From: Firmicutes bacterium HGW-Firmicutes-1 | Lineage (GTDB): Bacteria; Bacillota; Clostridia; Lachnospirales; Vallitaleaceae | Reading direction: 5' to 3' | DNA length: 49,120 bases | Assembly (NCBI GenBank): GCA_002841625.1 | Contig: PHAG01000016.1 | Coordinates: 1 to 49,120 of the forward strand | Shown here: positions 1 through 9,460 of the stretch, one piece after another | How the letters are laid out: each line of letters opens with the position of its first letter | Numbering within the stretch: the first letter of the stretch is position 1 | Translations under genes and position numbers: made by a program | Notes under the pieces: generated by a model | The model's database searches: none | Seen by the model: the letters and a program-made list of their open reading frames with translations, nothing else | Told to the model about the DNA's origin: nothing

Positions 1-123
1 TCTAATTTTATGATGAGGTTATATCATACTATAGATTTATCAAACGGGACATAATCACAAATGATATACTAGGACATTATCATAAATGGTTCAGAAAAAT
101 AAACAGTGTTTATAAAAACAATA

Positions 124-152
124 TTGACAAGAAGAACAGATTCCATTATAAT
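124..152 (+). promoter_or_regulatory. sigma-A-type promoter TTGACA-17-TATAAT upstream of perR
   Basis: ttgaca at 124-129, 17-nt spacer, tataat at 147-152. Read directly from the sequence. Confidence 0.6.
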
Positions 153-157
153 ACAGA

Positions 158-172
158 TTGTAATGATTACAA
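158..172. promoter_or_regulatory. Fur/PerR-type operator palindrome TTGTAATGATTACAA (7-1-7)
   Basis: Perfect inverted repeat tgtaat-g-attaca immediately downstream of the -10. Resembles the PerR box TTATAATNATTATAA. Confidence 0.5.
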
Positions 173-242
173 ATATGAAAATAATACAATTAATATATGG
201 CCATTTATTAATTGTAAAAGATGACATTAGAGGAGTACTTCC

Positions 243-665
243 ATGGAAATATTAAATAATAATATTAGTACCTATCTATTGAAGAACAAGATCAAGCCTT
301 CTTACCAAAGGATTAAAATTATGCAATATTTAGTTGAACGTAAAAATCATCCTACAGTTGAAAAAATACATAGTGATTTAGTGAATGAAATTCCAACTCT
401 TTCTAAGACAACAGTGTACAATACTTTGACTATTTTAATGAATGCAAATATTGCAAAAAGCTTAACTATTCATGGTAATGAGTTAAGATATGATGCAGAT
501 ATTCAAAGTCATGGTCATTTTATGTGTAGCCAATGTGAGACTATATATGATTTTAATATAGACTTTGATAATTTATGCATAGATGGTTTAAATAATTTCC
601 AAATAGATGAAAAAAGCCTTTTTTATAAAGGCATTTGCGAACAATGTTTAAAAAATAAAAATTAA
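243..665 (+). CDS. perR: Fur-family transcriptional regulator, PerR-like
   Basis: 140 aa with a Fur-family HTH N-terminus, HGHFxCxxC and a C-terminal CxxC metal site. Sits directly upstream of rubrerythrin. RBS gaggag 7 nt upstream. Confidence 0.75.
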   Translation: MEILNNNISTYLLKNKIKPSYQRIKIMQYLVERKNHPTVEKIHSDLVNEIPTLSKTTVYNTLTILMNANIAKSLTIHGNELRYDADIQSHGHFMCSQCETIYDFNIDFDNLCIDGLNNFQIDEKSLFYKGICEQCLKNKN

Positions 666-678
666 ATGGAGGCAATGA

Positions 679-1263
679 ATGAAATCATTAAAAGGAACAA
701 AAACATCTGAGAATTTACTAAAGGCTTTTGCAGGAGAATCACAAGCTAGAAATAGGTATACATATTATGCAGCAGTAGCAAAAAAAGAAGGATATGTGCA
801 AATATCAAATTTGTTTACTGAAACTGCTGACAACGAAAAGGAACATGCAAAAAGATTTTTTAAGTTTTTAAAAGAAAGCTTAAATGGAGAAATGGTAGAA
901 ATTCAAGCATCTTATCCAGTGGCTTTTGGGGATACAAAGTTTAACTTATTAGCAGCTGCCAATGGAGAAAACGAAGAATGGTCAGATCTTTATCCGGAAT
1001 TTGCAAGGATTGCAGAAGAGGAAGGTTTTAAAGAGGTAGCAATCGTATTTAATAAAATTGCTGAAATTGAAAAACATCATGAAGCGAGATATCGCAAATT
1101 GTTAAATAACATAGAAACAGATAAAGTTTTTACAAAAGATACTACTGTTAAATGGAAATGTGGTAATTGCGGGTTCATTCACGAGGGTACTGATGCATTA
1201 GAGTTATGTCCTGCTTGTGCACATCCTAAGAGCCACTTTGAAGTGTACGTTGAAGCATATTAA
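679..1263 (+). CDS. rbr: rubrerythrin (ferritin-like diiron domain plus C-terminal rubredoxin-like CxxC...CxxC)
   Basis: N-terminus [31 protein letters not shown] is the classic rubrerythrin start. C-terminus has CGNCG...CPAC. GGAGG RBS. Confidence 0.9.
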   Translation: MKSLKGTKTSENLLKAFAGESQARNRYTYYAAVAKKEGYVQISNLFTETADNEKEHAKRFFKFLKESLNGEMVEIQASYPVAFGDTKFNLLAAANGENEEWSDLYPEFARIAEEEGFKEVAIVFNKIAEIEKHHEARYRKLLNNIETDKVFTKDTTVKWKCGNCGFIHEGTDALELCPACAHPKSHFEVYVEAY

Positions 1264-1293
1264 GTACCATCATAAATTGCAATAAAGTTAAGT

Positions 1294-1330
1294 GCCGATA
1301 GAGGATTATAATCTATCGGCGCTTTCTTGT
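1294..1330 (+). terminator. rho-independent terminator after rbr
   Basis: Hairpin gccgatagagg...cctctatcggc followed by a T-rich run. Confidence 0.7.
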
Positions 1331-1448
1331 CCAGCTATCGATACGAAATAAAGATAAGCTAATGTAATTTCATAAATATATCTAGTACTATTTTTGAAAA
1401 TGATATACAATATCTTTATTACAATCATAAAAACGAGGAGAATTATAT

Positions 1449-2483
1449 ATGAAAAATGCTATATTTGTTATTATATGCTGTATTATTTTAGCTGTAATCG
1501 TTGTAATTCTCGCTCCAAAGGGAAAGCTCATTGCTCAAATTAATAAAGAGGAAACAAATTCAAATACTTTAGTTATATACAGTCCACTGAATGAAGAAAT
1601 CATCATACCGATTGTAAAAGAATTTCAAGAAACAACAGGAATACAAATAACCTACTTGTCGGCTGGTACAGTTGATTTGCTTACTCTTTTGGAGCGTAAG
1701 GGTGACAAACCATTAATGGATGTCCTCTGGGGAAGTAGTAAAGAATTCATAGATTCAAAATTGGAGTATTTTCAACCTTATCAAACCTCCTATGACAGCA
1801 AAATTCACAAGGGATTTAAACATGATAGAAATGATTGGAACGGATTTAATCTTTTGCCAATTGTTTTAATGTATAATAAAAAGTTAGTCTCTCCGGAAGA
1901 GGCTCCAAAATCATGGGAAGATTTACTGGATCCAAAATGGAAAGGAAAGATGGTATATACTGATCCAAATAATTCGGGGTCCTCATTTATGATTTTGTCT
2001 ACATTACTATCACTAGGTAAAGAAGGTAATGAGTATAATTGGGGTAATGTCCGTAAATTTTTAAATAATGTTGATGGTAAAATTATGGCTAAGTCTTCTG
2101 AAGTATACAATGGAATAGCGAATGGTGATTTTGCATTGGGATTAACAATGGAGGAGGCGGCAGTAAGACTAATTAGAAATGGTGCTGATGTGGAGATGGT
2201 GTATCTTGAGGAAGGGACACCTGTGATTACCGATGTAATTGTCCTGATGAAAGATGCACAAAATTTGGAAAATGCAAAAATATTTATTGATTTTGTATTA
2301 AGTGATCATGTGCAAAAATATATGGTGGATTATTTTTATCTTCGCTCTATTAGAACAGATATTACCCCTCCAGAAGGGTTGATTAGCATAGAGGATTTGA
2401 ATATTCTTGATTCTAATAGCGCGGATATTTATAGGAACAAAGACGAAATTTTACATACTTTTGACCAGCTCCTTTCAAAATAA
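1449..2483 (+). CDS. extracytoplasmic solute-binding protein (PotD/AfuA-like SBP fold) with N-terminal membrane anchor
   Basis: N-terminal hydrophobic segment. LVIYSPLNEE...LWGSS pattern is typical of Fe3+/polyamine/phosphonate-type SBPs. Lies directly upstream of a histidine kinase. Confidence 0.6.
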   Translation: MKNAIFVIICCIILAVIVVILAPKGKLIAQINKEETNSNTLVIYSPLNEEIIIPIVKEFQETTGIQITYLSAGTVDLLTLLERKGDKPLMDVLWGSSKEFIDSKLEYFQPYQTSYDSKIHKGFKHDRNDWNGFNLLPIVLMYNKKLVSPEEAPKSWEDLLDPKWKGKMVYTDPNNSGSSFMILSTLLSLGKEGNEYNWGNVRKFLNNVDGKIMAKSSEVYNGIANGDFALGLTMEEAAVRLIRNGADVEMVYLEEGTPVITDVIVLMKDAQNLENAKIFIDFVLSDHVQKYMVDYFYLRSIRTDITPPEGLISIEDLNILDSNSADIYRNKDEILHTFDQLLSK

Positions 2484-2499
2484 CGATATGGAGATCAAT

Positions 2500-4245
2500 A
2501 TGAAAAAATCCTTTCCCCTTTTCTACAAATTATTAATTTCATTTATTGTTTGCGGTATTATACCATTGATTATTATTAGTATATTAATCTACGGGCTTTC
2601 TGTGAGATTTATTAATGATATGATTTATGAACAAACACGTTTAAACCTCACCAATATGCATCAAGAGCTAAACGTGATTTTAAAAGACTATGAAGATATT
2701 ATGATCACACTTCAGAGTGATGAAACAATTATGAATGCTTTATCTAATGATTTGACTAAAAATAATGAAAATAAAATATATGAGAAAATATATGATGCGC
2801 TAAAGAATCGAACTGGAAAACCACCATTGTATATATTAAATACAACAGGAGATGTTATATTTTCTACCAATCCATTGCCACATATATATGAGACTGGTAT
2901 CAAAAACAATTGGGGAATTTTTCGAGAAGTAACCCAGGGAAATGATGGTACTACAACGATTTATCCTCAAAAGATAAATTATGAAGAAGGTAAAAGTAGC
3001 TTATTAAGTATGGGTAGAAAAATACTGGATTCGAAGGGCAATCCTATTGGATATGTTATTATAGATGTATATCGAGATACCATAATAAATATATTTAGAC
3101 CCCACATTAATGGGGTGCCGATTCATATTGTAGTTTTAGATGACTATGACTATACTGTTTTAGATATTCAAAATCCGAATATGGAAGGCAAGTTTCAAAA
3201 TGCTACATATCTCAATCATGCGAAAGATATAGAATTTAAAGGTTTTTTCAGTGAACTAGAAAGGGATAGTTATTTAACAATTTCATATAAGGATACTTAT
3301 TCAAAAACAACTACAATAGCCAATGTTCATTCCAATATTTTTCATCAACTGAATGGTATTGTGAAAACACTTCTTATTATAGGATGTTTTATAAGCTTGC
3401 TTATATGTTGTTTGATCTCTATAGTATTAGCGGAGCATATATCAAATCCAATGAAGCAATTAATATATATCATGAGTAAAGTAGAAAAAGGTGACTTTTC
3501 AGCTTATACTAGCTTTAATCGTAATGATGAAATTGGTGCGTTAGGAACATATTTTAATCAAATGGTTCTACAACTTAAGAAATATTTAGATCGGCTTATG
3601 GAAGAACAAAATAAACTCAGAGTCACTGAAATAAAAATGTTGCAGGCGCAAATCAATCCGCATTTTTTATACAATACACTTGATGTCATTAAATGGAGTG
3701 CAAAGCTAAATAAAACGGAAGAAGTAACCAGTATTGTAACAAATTTAGCGAAAATACTTAGAAATAGTATCGATTGTGAAGAGGAATATGTTTCTGTAAG
3801 AAAGAGTATTGAATTTATCAACAGTTATCTTGCAATACAAAAAATAAAATATAATGATAAATTCGATGTCAATATTGACATTGATCCATCCATACTAGAA
3901 CTCAAAACGCTTAGATTAATTTTGCAACCATTTATTGAAAATGCAATTATTCATGGGCTCACTTACATCGATCATACTGGTCTAATTACAATCATTGGAG
4001 AGAAAGATGGTGATGACATCATTTTTTATATTATAGATAATGGAGTTGGTATGACAGAAGATACAATCAAGCGCATAAGTAAAAGTACGAATGATAATCA
4101 TATTGGTATATATAATGTTGATAAAAGAATTAAGTTATATTACGGCGATAAATATGGTGTACATATAGAAAGCATTGAAGAAAAGGGAACTAAGGTTACA
4201 ATCAAAATACCTTATTTAACTGGAGGCGATAACCAATATGATTAA
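2500..4245 (+). CDS. sensor histidine kinase, YesM/LytS-type (Cache-like extracellular domain, HAMP, His_kinase PF06580, HATPase)
   Basis: QINPHFLYNTLD H-box motif, two TM segments flanking a roughly 270-aa extracytoplasmic domain, G-box DNGVGM. Start moved to ATG 2500 (MKKSFPLF, GGAG RBS). The 2407 start would overlap the upstream gene. Confidence 0.8.
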   Translation: MKKSFPLFYKLLISFIVCGIIPLIIISILIYGLSVRFINDMIYEQTRLNLTNMHQELNVILKDYEDIMITLQSDETIMNALSNDLTKNNENKIYEKIYDALKNRTGKPPLYILNTTGDVIFSTNPLPHIYETGIKNNWGIFREVTQGNDGTTTIYPQKINYEEGKSSLLSMGRKILDSKGNPIGYVIIDVYRDTIINIFRPHINGVPIHIVVLDDYDYTVLDIQNPNMEGKFQNATYLNHAKDIEFKGFFSELERDSYLTISYKDTYSKTTTIANVHSNIFHQLNGIVKTLLIIGCFISLLICCLISIVLAEHISNPMKQLIYIMSKVEKGDFSAYTSFNRNDEIGALGTYFNQMVLQLKKYLDRLMEEQNKLRVTEIKMLQAQINPHFLYNTLDVIKWSAKLNKTEEVTSIVTNLAKILRNSIDCEEEYVSVRKSIEFINSYLAIQKIKYNDKFDVNIDIDPSILELKTLRLILQPFIENAIIHGLTYIDHTGLITIIGEKDGDDIIFYIIDNGVGMTEDTIKRISKSTNDNHIGIYNVDKRIKLYYGDKYGVHIESIEEKGTKVTIKIPYLTGGDNQYD

Positions 4246-5032
4246 AGTTGTAGTTGTTGAAGATGAGGAATTTATTAGAAGAGGAATGATTTTGACAACA
4301 CCTTGGGAAGAATTTGATTGTGAGGTAATCGGTGAAGCACGAAATGGTATTGAAGGTATCAATTTAATTAAGAAATTAAACCCAGATATAGTAATTACTG
4401 ATGTTAGAATGCCGATTATGGACGGCATAATGATGATTAATGAACTAACAAATTTTGTAGAAGCTGAATATATTATTGTTTCAGGTTTTGACGATTTTAA
4501 ATATGCACAGCAAGCCATTAAATTAGGTGTAAAAGATTATCTATTAAAACCCATTGACGATACAGAGTTTTATAATACGTTAAGAAAAATAATTGAGGTT
4601 GTAAAAGGAAAGCAAGATCATACCAACACCGCAGATCATTACTCTCAAATATCTAACTGCAAGCTCCAGTTCTTCAAGGAATACGAGTTCGAACTTCATT
4701 ATGACAGCAGAAAAAAATACGTCTTTGAAGCAGTAGAATACATAAAAACAAATTATTACCGTGAAATTACATTAAGAGATGCCGCCGACAGTCTCTATAT
4801 AAGTGAAAGCTATTTAAGCAGATTATTTAAAACACATACAAGCTACACCTTTATAGAATACTTAACAAGCTACAGAATTAAAATGGCCATCTCGCTATTA
4901 AAGGATCATAGAATAAAAGTATATGAAGTATCAGATAAAGTAGGATACAAGGATTCAAAATATTTCAGTGTTATATTCAAAAAATATATAGGAGTCACAC
5001 CCTTAGAATTCAAATATAGTGTATCACATTAA
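4238..5032 (+). CDS. response regulator with receiver domain plus AraC-type HTH (YesN-like)
   Basis: Receiver motifs VVVVEDE...DVRMPIMDG plus C-terminal AraC HTH (YISESYLSRLFK). Overlaps the HK stop by 8 nt. Confidence 0.85.
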   Translation: MIKVVVVEDEEFIRRGMILTTPWEEFDCEVIGEARNGIEGINLIKKLNPDIVITDVRMPIMDGIMMINELTNFVEAEYIIVSGFDDFKYAQQAIKLGVKDYLLKPIDDTEFYNTLRKIIEVVKGKQDHTNTADHYSQISNCKLQFFKEYEFELHYDSRKKYVFEAVEYIKTNYYREITLRDAADSLYISESYLSRLFKTHTSYTFIEYLTSYRIKMAISLLKDHRIKVYEVSDKVGYKDSKYFSVIFKKYIGVTPLEFKYSVSH

Positions 5033-5093
5033 TAGTTATAATCATCTGCTTTCAAATTATCGAAAAAGGAACATTTAGTAAAAGTTCTCAGAC

Positions 5094-5279
5094 TGTCAAC
5101 AAAGGCATTTTTTCTTATCGGTGTATGTATTATTGGCAGTACGTGTTCATTTTTCTGGCCTTACCCTTCGGCCGGTCAGGCGAAAAATGAACACGTACTG
5201 CCTTTTGTATTCATCTAGAAGAAAAAATGCTTTTATCTCTGTTTCGTTAATCGATAATTAATTAGATTGTCGACAACCT
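5094..5279 (+). repeat. copy 1 of a roughly 185-bp structured palindromic intergenic element
   Basis: About 90% identical to 20815-20998. Contains a perfect 21-bp inverted repeat ggcagtacgtgttcatttttc / gaaaaatgaacacgtactgcc (5145-5202) around a GC-rich loop. Flanked by inverted aaggcattttttc / gaaaaaatgctttt arms and by gtcRAYAA direct ends. Confidence 0.8.
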
Positions 5280-5447
5280 ATTACAAGTTTTTAAGTTATA
5301 AATTTCTTTGCCTAATCATAAAGTGTCCATAATATTAAACCATATAAGAGAATATTGGATTGTCCTTCTTCTTCAAATTCTATACAATTTTATTAACTAA
5401 TGATAGCACTACAATTAAATTAGCAATAAAACTAAAGGAGATTGATT

Positions 5448-7073
5448 ATGAAAAAACGTATTTTAGCATCAGTAATGGTAATTATGTTAACGATTACTTC
5501 TATGAGTATTGTATTTGCTCAAGAAGAAAACAAAGAAGTAGTAATTAAAAATGTTATTTTATTAGTACCAGATGGTACAAGAGTTGATTCAATAACGTTA
5601 GCAAGATGGTACAATGGTGGGGAACCGTTAGCAATGGATGAATTTGCTTGTGGACTTGTAAGAACCTATAATTCTGACTCTCCAATAGCGGACTCAGCTC
5701 CTGCAGGTAGTGCTATGGCAACAGGCTTTAAAAGTAAAACTGGATTTATAGGAGTTCTTCCAGATGAAAATACGATGCCTGGACTGAAACCTCTTGCAAA
5801 AGGTGATGAAAGAAGACCGGTTGCTTCCGTCTTAGAAGCGGCACAGTTAGCAAATAAATCAACAGGTTTGGTTGCAACCTCTGAAGTAATGCATGCTACA
5901 CCAGCAGCATTTTCGGCACACTATCCTAATAGAGGTGCTTATGATATCTTAAGTAAGCATATGGTTTATAATGAAGTTGATGTAGTTTTTGGTGGTGGTT
6001 ATGAATTTATGATACCTGAAGGTCGTAAAGATGATGCAAATATGGTAACAGTTCTAGAATCAAAGGGCTACGAAGTGTTAACAACAAAAGAAGAGTTTGA
6101 TAGCTTTAAAGGCGAAAAGGCATGGGGTCTTTTTGCAGATGCTTCACTTCCATATGATTTTGACAATGACGGAAGTGTACCAACCTTAGAAGCAATGACT
6201 GACAAAGCAATCGATATATTAAGCAAAGATAAAGATGGATTTTTCTTAATGGTTGAAGGTAGCAAAGTGGACTGGGCTTCTCATTCGAATGATCCAATTG
6301 GAATTATTAGTGATTTACTTGCTTTTGATAAAGCTTGCAAAGTTGCACTTGATTATGCAAAAACAAATAAAGATACAGTTGTAATCATTGTACCTGACCA
6401 TGGTAATGGTGGTATCAGTATTGGAGCTTCTAGTCTTGATAAAGGTTATGATAAAGAACCATTATCGAGTTTCCTTGAGCCTTTGAAAGCTGCAAAGCTT
6501 ACAGGCGAAGGTATTGCAACAAAATTAAATGAAGATAGAAGTAATATTGTTGAAGTAATGGCAACATACTATGGAATCACTGATTTAACAGATGAGGAAA
6601 TTGCAATCATAAAAGAAGCTAAGCTAAGCGCTATGAATGTTGCCGTAGGTCCAATGATAAGTGAAAGAGCTCATATTGGATGGACTACAAAAGGACATAC
6701 TGGTGAAGATGTTGTACTTTTCATTTATTCGCCAGATCAAGACCGTTTAACGGGTGTTGTAGAAAACACAGACATCGCTTTATATATGGCTAGGAAATTA
6801 GGTGTTAATTTAGCTGATACAACCAAAGAGTTATTTGTACCTGCAAGACAAGGATTTGAAGAATTAGGTGCAAAGGTTGCTTGGAGTGAACCAGTTAAAT
6901 ACAATCCTATTGTTACAGTAACAAAAGGTGATGATGTTTTAGAACTCTTAGTACATACGAACAAAGCTATCTATAATGGAAAAGAAGTAGTGCTTGATGG
7001 CGTTATTGTATATAATGGAATTAGTACCTATGTTCCACAAGACGCATTAGATTTGTTTCAAGTAGCTAAATAA
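5448..7073 (+). CDS. phoA: secreted alkaline phosphatase (PhoA family) with C-terminal copper-amine-oxidase-N-terminal-like domain
   Basis: Signal peptide. D-S-A-P-A-G-S-A-M-A-T-G active-site region (Ser nucleophile in the DSA motif). Likely start is ATG 5448 with AAAGGAG RBS; the track start at 5442 is TTG. Confidence 0.8.
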   Translation: MKKRILASVMVIMLTITSMSIVFAQEENKEVVIKNVILLVPDGTRVDSITLARWYNGGEPLAMDEFACGLVRTYNSDSPIADSAPAGSAMATGFKSKTGFIGVLPDENTMPGLKPLAKGDERRPVASVLEAAQLANKSTGLVATSEVMHATPAAFSAHYPNRGAYDILSKHMVYNEVDVVFGGGYEFMIPEGRKDDANMVTVLESKGYEVLTTKEEFDSFKGEKAWGLFADASLPYDFDNDGSVPTLEAMTDKAIDILSKDKDGFFLMVEGSKVDWASHSNDPIGIISDLLAFDKACKVALDYAKTNKDTVVIIVPDHGNGGISIGASSLDKGYDKEPLSSFLEPLKAAKLTGEGIATKLNEDRSNIVEVMATYYGITDLTDEEIAIIKEAKLSAMNVAVGPMISERAHIGWTTKGHTGEDVVLFIYSPDQDRLTGVVENTDIALYMARKLGVNLADTTKELFVPARQGFEELGAKVAWSEPVKYNPIVTVTKGDDVLELLVHTNKAIYNGKEVVLDGVIVYNGISTYVPQDALDLFQVAK

Positions 7074-7092
7074 GAGAAATTAAACCAATTAA

Positions 7093-7133
7093 AAAACTCC
7101 TTTCTGGTTAAACCAAAAAGGAGTTTTTTTGAA
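7093..7133. terminator. bidirectional rho-independent terminator between convergent genes
   Basis: Hairpin aactccttt...aaaggagtt with a T-run on the plus strand and an A-run upstream. Confidence 0.75.
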
Positions 7134-7140
7134 ATACAAG

Positions 7141-8670
7141 TTATTTATTAACAAAGCTCTCATAGGTTCGTTTAACAAATACAATACCTTCTTCACGCGA
7201 AGTGTATTCTAGTGGATTAATCGTATTGTTTCCAATACCTTTCATGATATTATGTTTAGCTACATACCTTACTTCATTTATAGCCCAGTCAGCAATTAAA
7301 TGTTCATCTGCAAATTTGTTTACACCCGATACATTAAAATCCATATTAGGCTTAGCTGCGTTTAAAGCTCTATAAAGCATGATACAGATTTCTTGACGTG
7401 AAATACTAGAATTTGGAGCAAACCTATCATCAGTGATGCCTTTTACAATACCAAGCTTGAAGGCTTCTAATACGTACATATCAGAAGTATCTTTGAAAGG
7501 ATTGGTCAAAGATGGTGTAACTTGTTCACTAGTTAGAGCTTGATAAAGCAAAACAGCAATACTGCAAAATTCCTCTCTAGTAATGTCTTGTTGTAAGTTC
7601 GTTAGCACTTTATTTGTTACAAGTGAATACTCTTCCGCTTTCTGTAATTCTTCCACTGCCCAAGAATTGGCAGAAAAATAGTCAAGCATATAGATTTGAT
7701 TTGGCTGCTGATCAGAATTTGGTATATAAATACTTGCTAAATTTGAGTAACCGGAATTGCCTGAACTATTGCTTGAATAAACTCTATAAGTATAGGTTTC
7801 TCCTTTTGTAAGACTTGTATCATCATAATAAGTTGTATTACTTGGAGTGGTAGTTATAGGGCTATAACCACTACCATGTTGTTGCCTTTCGATATAGAAT
7901 CCAGTTTCATTTTCAGAATGATCCGACCAAGTTAGATGAACTGCATTTCCGGAAAGAGTGACGGCTAAGTTAGATGGTGCTTGAGGCTTTGAAGCAAGAG
8001 AAACGGTAATTGTTTTTTCGGTGGATAAACTACTTCCAATAAAGCCAATGGTTTCTATCGTATAAGAATAGGTACCAGGTGTGACTGTTTTATCTGTATA
8101 ACCATTTTGAGTGGAGTTTACTACGCTAATATTGGAGTACAATTCACCTGCTGTTTTCCTTTTCACTCTATAATAATCTACTCTTTCAGGTGTACTTTCC
8201 GTCCAGCTAAGTTGTACGCTTTGATCAGGATTAAGCGAAACCTGGAGTTCAGGTTTTAGTGGTTCGAGTAAGGAAACAGTAACCTCAATGCTATTAGAAG
8301 AATATCCATAAGATGTATTGTACCCTTGAATCCGAAATGTAAAGGGTTGAGAAGCGAACATATATGTAGGAAATGTAAATGTTTTAGTAGTTTCATCGGC
8401 ATAAGCAAAAACCAAATCATCATAATTATTATTATTATTTGTTTTATATTGTATCCTATAATATTCTTCATTGTTTGAATTATCATTCCATGTAAAAGTA
8501 ACTGTTGCATTAGAGCCTAATACTGCTTTGAAATCACTAGGAGCAACTACAAATTTAGGTATGGGAACACTTGCTGCAGCTGTCTGATACATAGAAAATG
8601 GTAATAGTACAAGGGTTACTATTATGCAAAAAAATAATTCAGTTATTCTTTGCAACAAACTTTGCTTCAT
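7141..8670 (-). CDS. secreted cell-surface protein with three fibronectin-type-III-like repeats and three C-terminal SLH (S-layer homology) domains
   Basis: Signal peptide. Repeated TFTWNDNS...YRIQYK, LSWTES...YYRVKRK and LTWSDHSENETGFYIERQ Fn3 signatures. C-terminal repeats with ITREEF / ISRQEI / TSREEG motifs resemble SLH. Confidence 0.6.
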   Translation of the reverse strand: MKQSLLQRITELFFCIIVTLVLLPFSMYQTAAASVPIPKFVVAPSDFKAVLGSNATVTFTWNDNSNNEEYYRIQYKTNNNNNYDDLVFAYADETTKTFTFPTYMFASQPFTFRIQGYNTSYGYSSNSIEVTVSLLEPLKPELQVSLNPDQSVQLSWTESTPERVDYYRVKRKTAGELYSNISVVNSTQNGYTDKTVTPGTYSYTIETIGFIGSSLSTEKTITVSLASKPQAPSNLAVTLSGNAVHLTWSDHSENETGFYIERQQHGSGYSPITTTPSNTTYYDDTSLTKGETYTYRVYSSNSSGNSGYSNLASIYIPNSDQQPNQIYMLDYFSANSWAVEELQKAEEYSLVTNKVLTNLQQDITREEFCSIAVLLYQALTSEQVTPSLTNPFKDTSDMYVLEAFKLGIVKGITDDRFAPNSSISRQEICIMLYRALNAAKPNMDFNVSGVNKFADEHLIADWAINEVRYVAKHNIMKGIGNNTINPLEYTSREEGIVFVKRTYESFVNK

Positions 8671-8746
8671 AATTTATTTCACCTCTTTTAGTTTTTGTAA
8701 ACCTCGACCAACTCACTTATTGTTAATAATCAAGAAGTATAATGTG

Positions 8747-9460
8747 TTACTTAAAATAGGGTTCAGAAATCATCATAATGTCAGGATTGGTGTTTTTAGG
8801 AACTCGATCTGTAACTAGATTTTGTATATAGAGTGTATTCACACCCGGAATATCAATTTCAAAAGGAATTGATTCGCCCTTTTTCACCACTATTTCTTTT
8901 AATACCTTACCCTCAAAATCATTTTCCCTAATCTTAATAATAACCTCCTCAGTTGAACCATCAAGGTCCTCCATGCAAGCGACACCACCGAATTTTTGAT
9001 AGTTACCCTTTGGATAAATAAAACCACTATACTCATAGTAACCCGCAGTTCCAGTATAAATGATTCCCCACTTGTACTGTTGTTTGTTGACTTGGAGTAG
9101 TGTAGTGTCTGTACTTAACTGGCTGGTGTGATTGTTAACATAAGCCTCGCCCTCTAGAGGAACAAGCCCTCTTTCACCAAGATGAATAATTTGATTGATA
9201 GGGTCATAATTTACTGCAATGGAGAGTACTTTTGCTATGCTTCGAGCAGGAAGATAGGTCCTACCCTTGTAAGTTATGGGATACATTTGAGTGCCATCTT
9301 CATCAAGGGGAATATAATCGCTACCATTTAGTTTGATTTTAACAACGCGATTTAGGATAGCAACAATTTCTTCATTGGCGGCCGCAGCCCCTACAGTTCC
9401 CACAGTTATTCCTAAAATAAATACCATGCATAGGAATAAAGCAATTAATTTTTTGTGCAT
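8747..9460 (-). CDS. secreted hypothetical protein with copper-amine-oxidase-N-terminal-like (stalk) domain
   Basis: Signal peptide. The segment ILNRVVKIKLNGSDYIPLDEDGTQMYPITYKGRTYLPARSIAKVLSIAV is typical of Cu_amine_oxidN1-like domains. Rest of protein unassigned. Confidence 0.45.
   Translation of the reverse strand: MHKKLIALFLCMVFILGITVGTVGAAAANEEIVAILNRVVKIKLNGSDYIPLDEDGTQMYPITYKGRTYLPARSIAKVLSIAVNYDPINQIIHLGERGLVPLEGEAYVNNHTSQLSTDTTLLQVNKQQYKWGIIYTGTAGYYEYSGFIYPKGNYQKFGGVACMEDLDGSTEEVIIKIRENDFEGKVLKEIVVKKGESIPFEIDIPGVNTLYIQNLVTDRVPKNTNPDIMMISEPYFK

Noticed and set aside
1805-2110. Antisense ORFs within larger genes (also 2712-2909, 3558-3821, 4216-4518, 6068-6297, 6737-6964, 8256-8510, 13443-13703, 14896-15120, 16859-17047, 18785-19024, 19193-19396, 20113-20328, 20499-20763, 22926-23270, 23404-23664, 24960-25679, 27683-27874, 29425-29661, 30684-30977, 35491-35781, 36164-36373, 36680-37015, 37034-37434, 37587-37784, 38796-39086, 40174-40383, 41638-41868, 42410-43003, 43878-44251, 47763-47960)
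   Set aside because: All lie opposite or overlap well-supported CDSs, have low-complexity or AT-codon-driven translations, and lack RBSs.
2407-2499. Upstream extension of the histidine-kinase ORF overlapping the SBP gene
   Set aside because: ATG 2500 has a GGAG RBS and begins the first TM helix. The extension would overlap 77 nt of the preceding gene.
5360-5548. 62-aa ORF overlapping the phoA start
   Set aside because: It overlaps the signal-peptide region of a well-supported alkaline phosphatase in another frame and has no RBS. It is an AT-rich spurious ORF.
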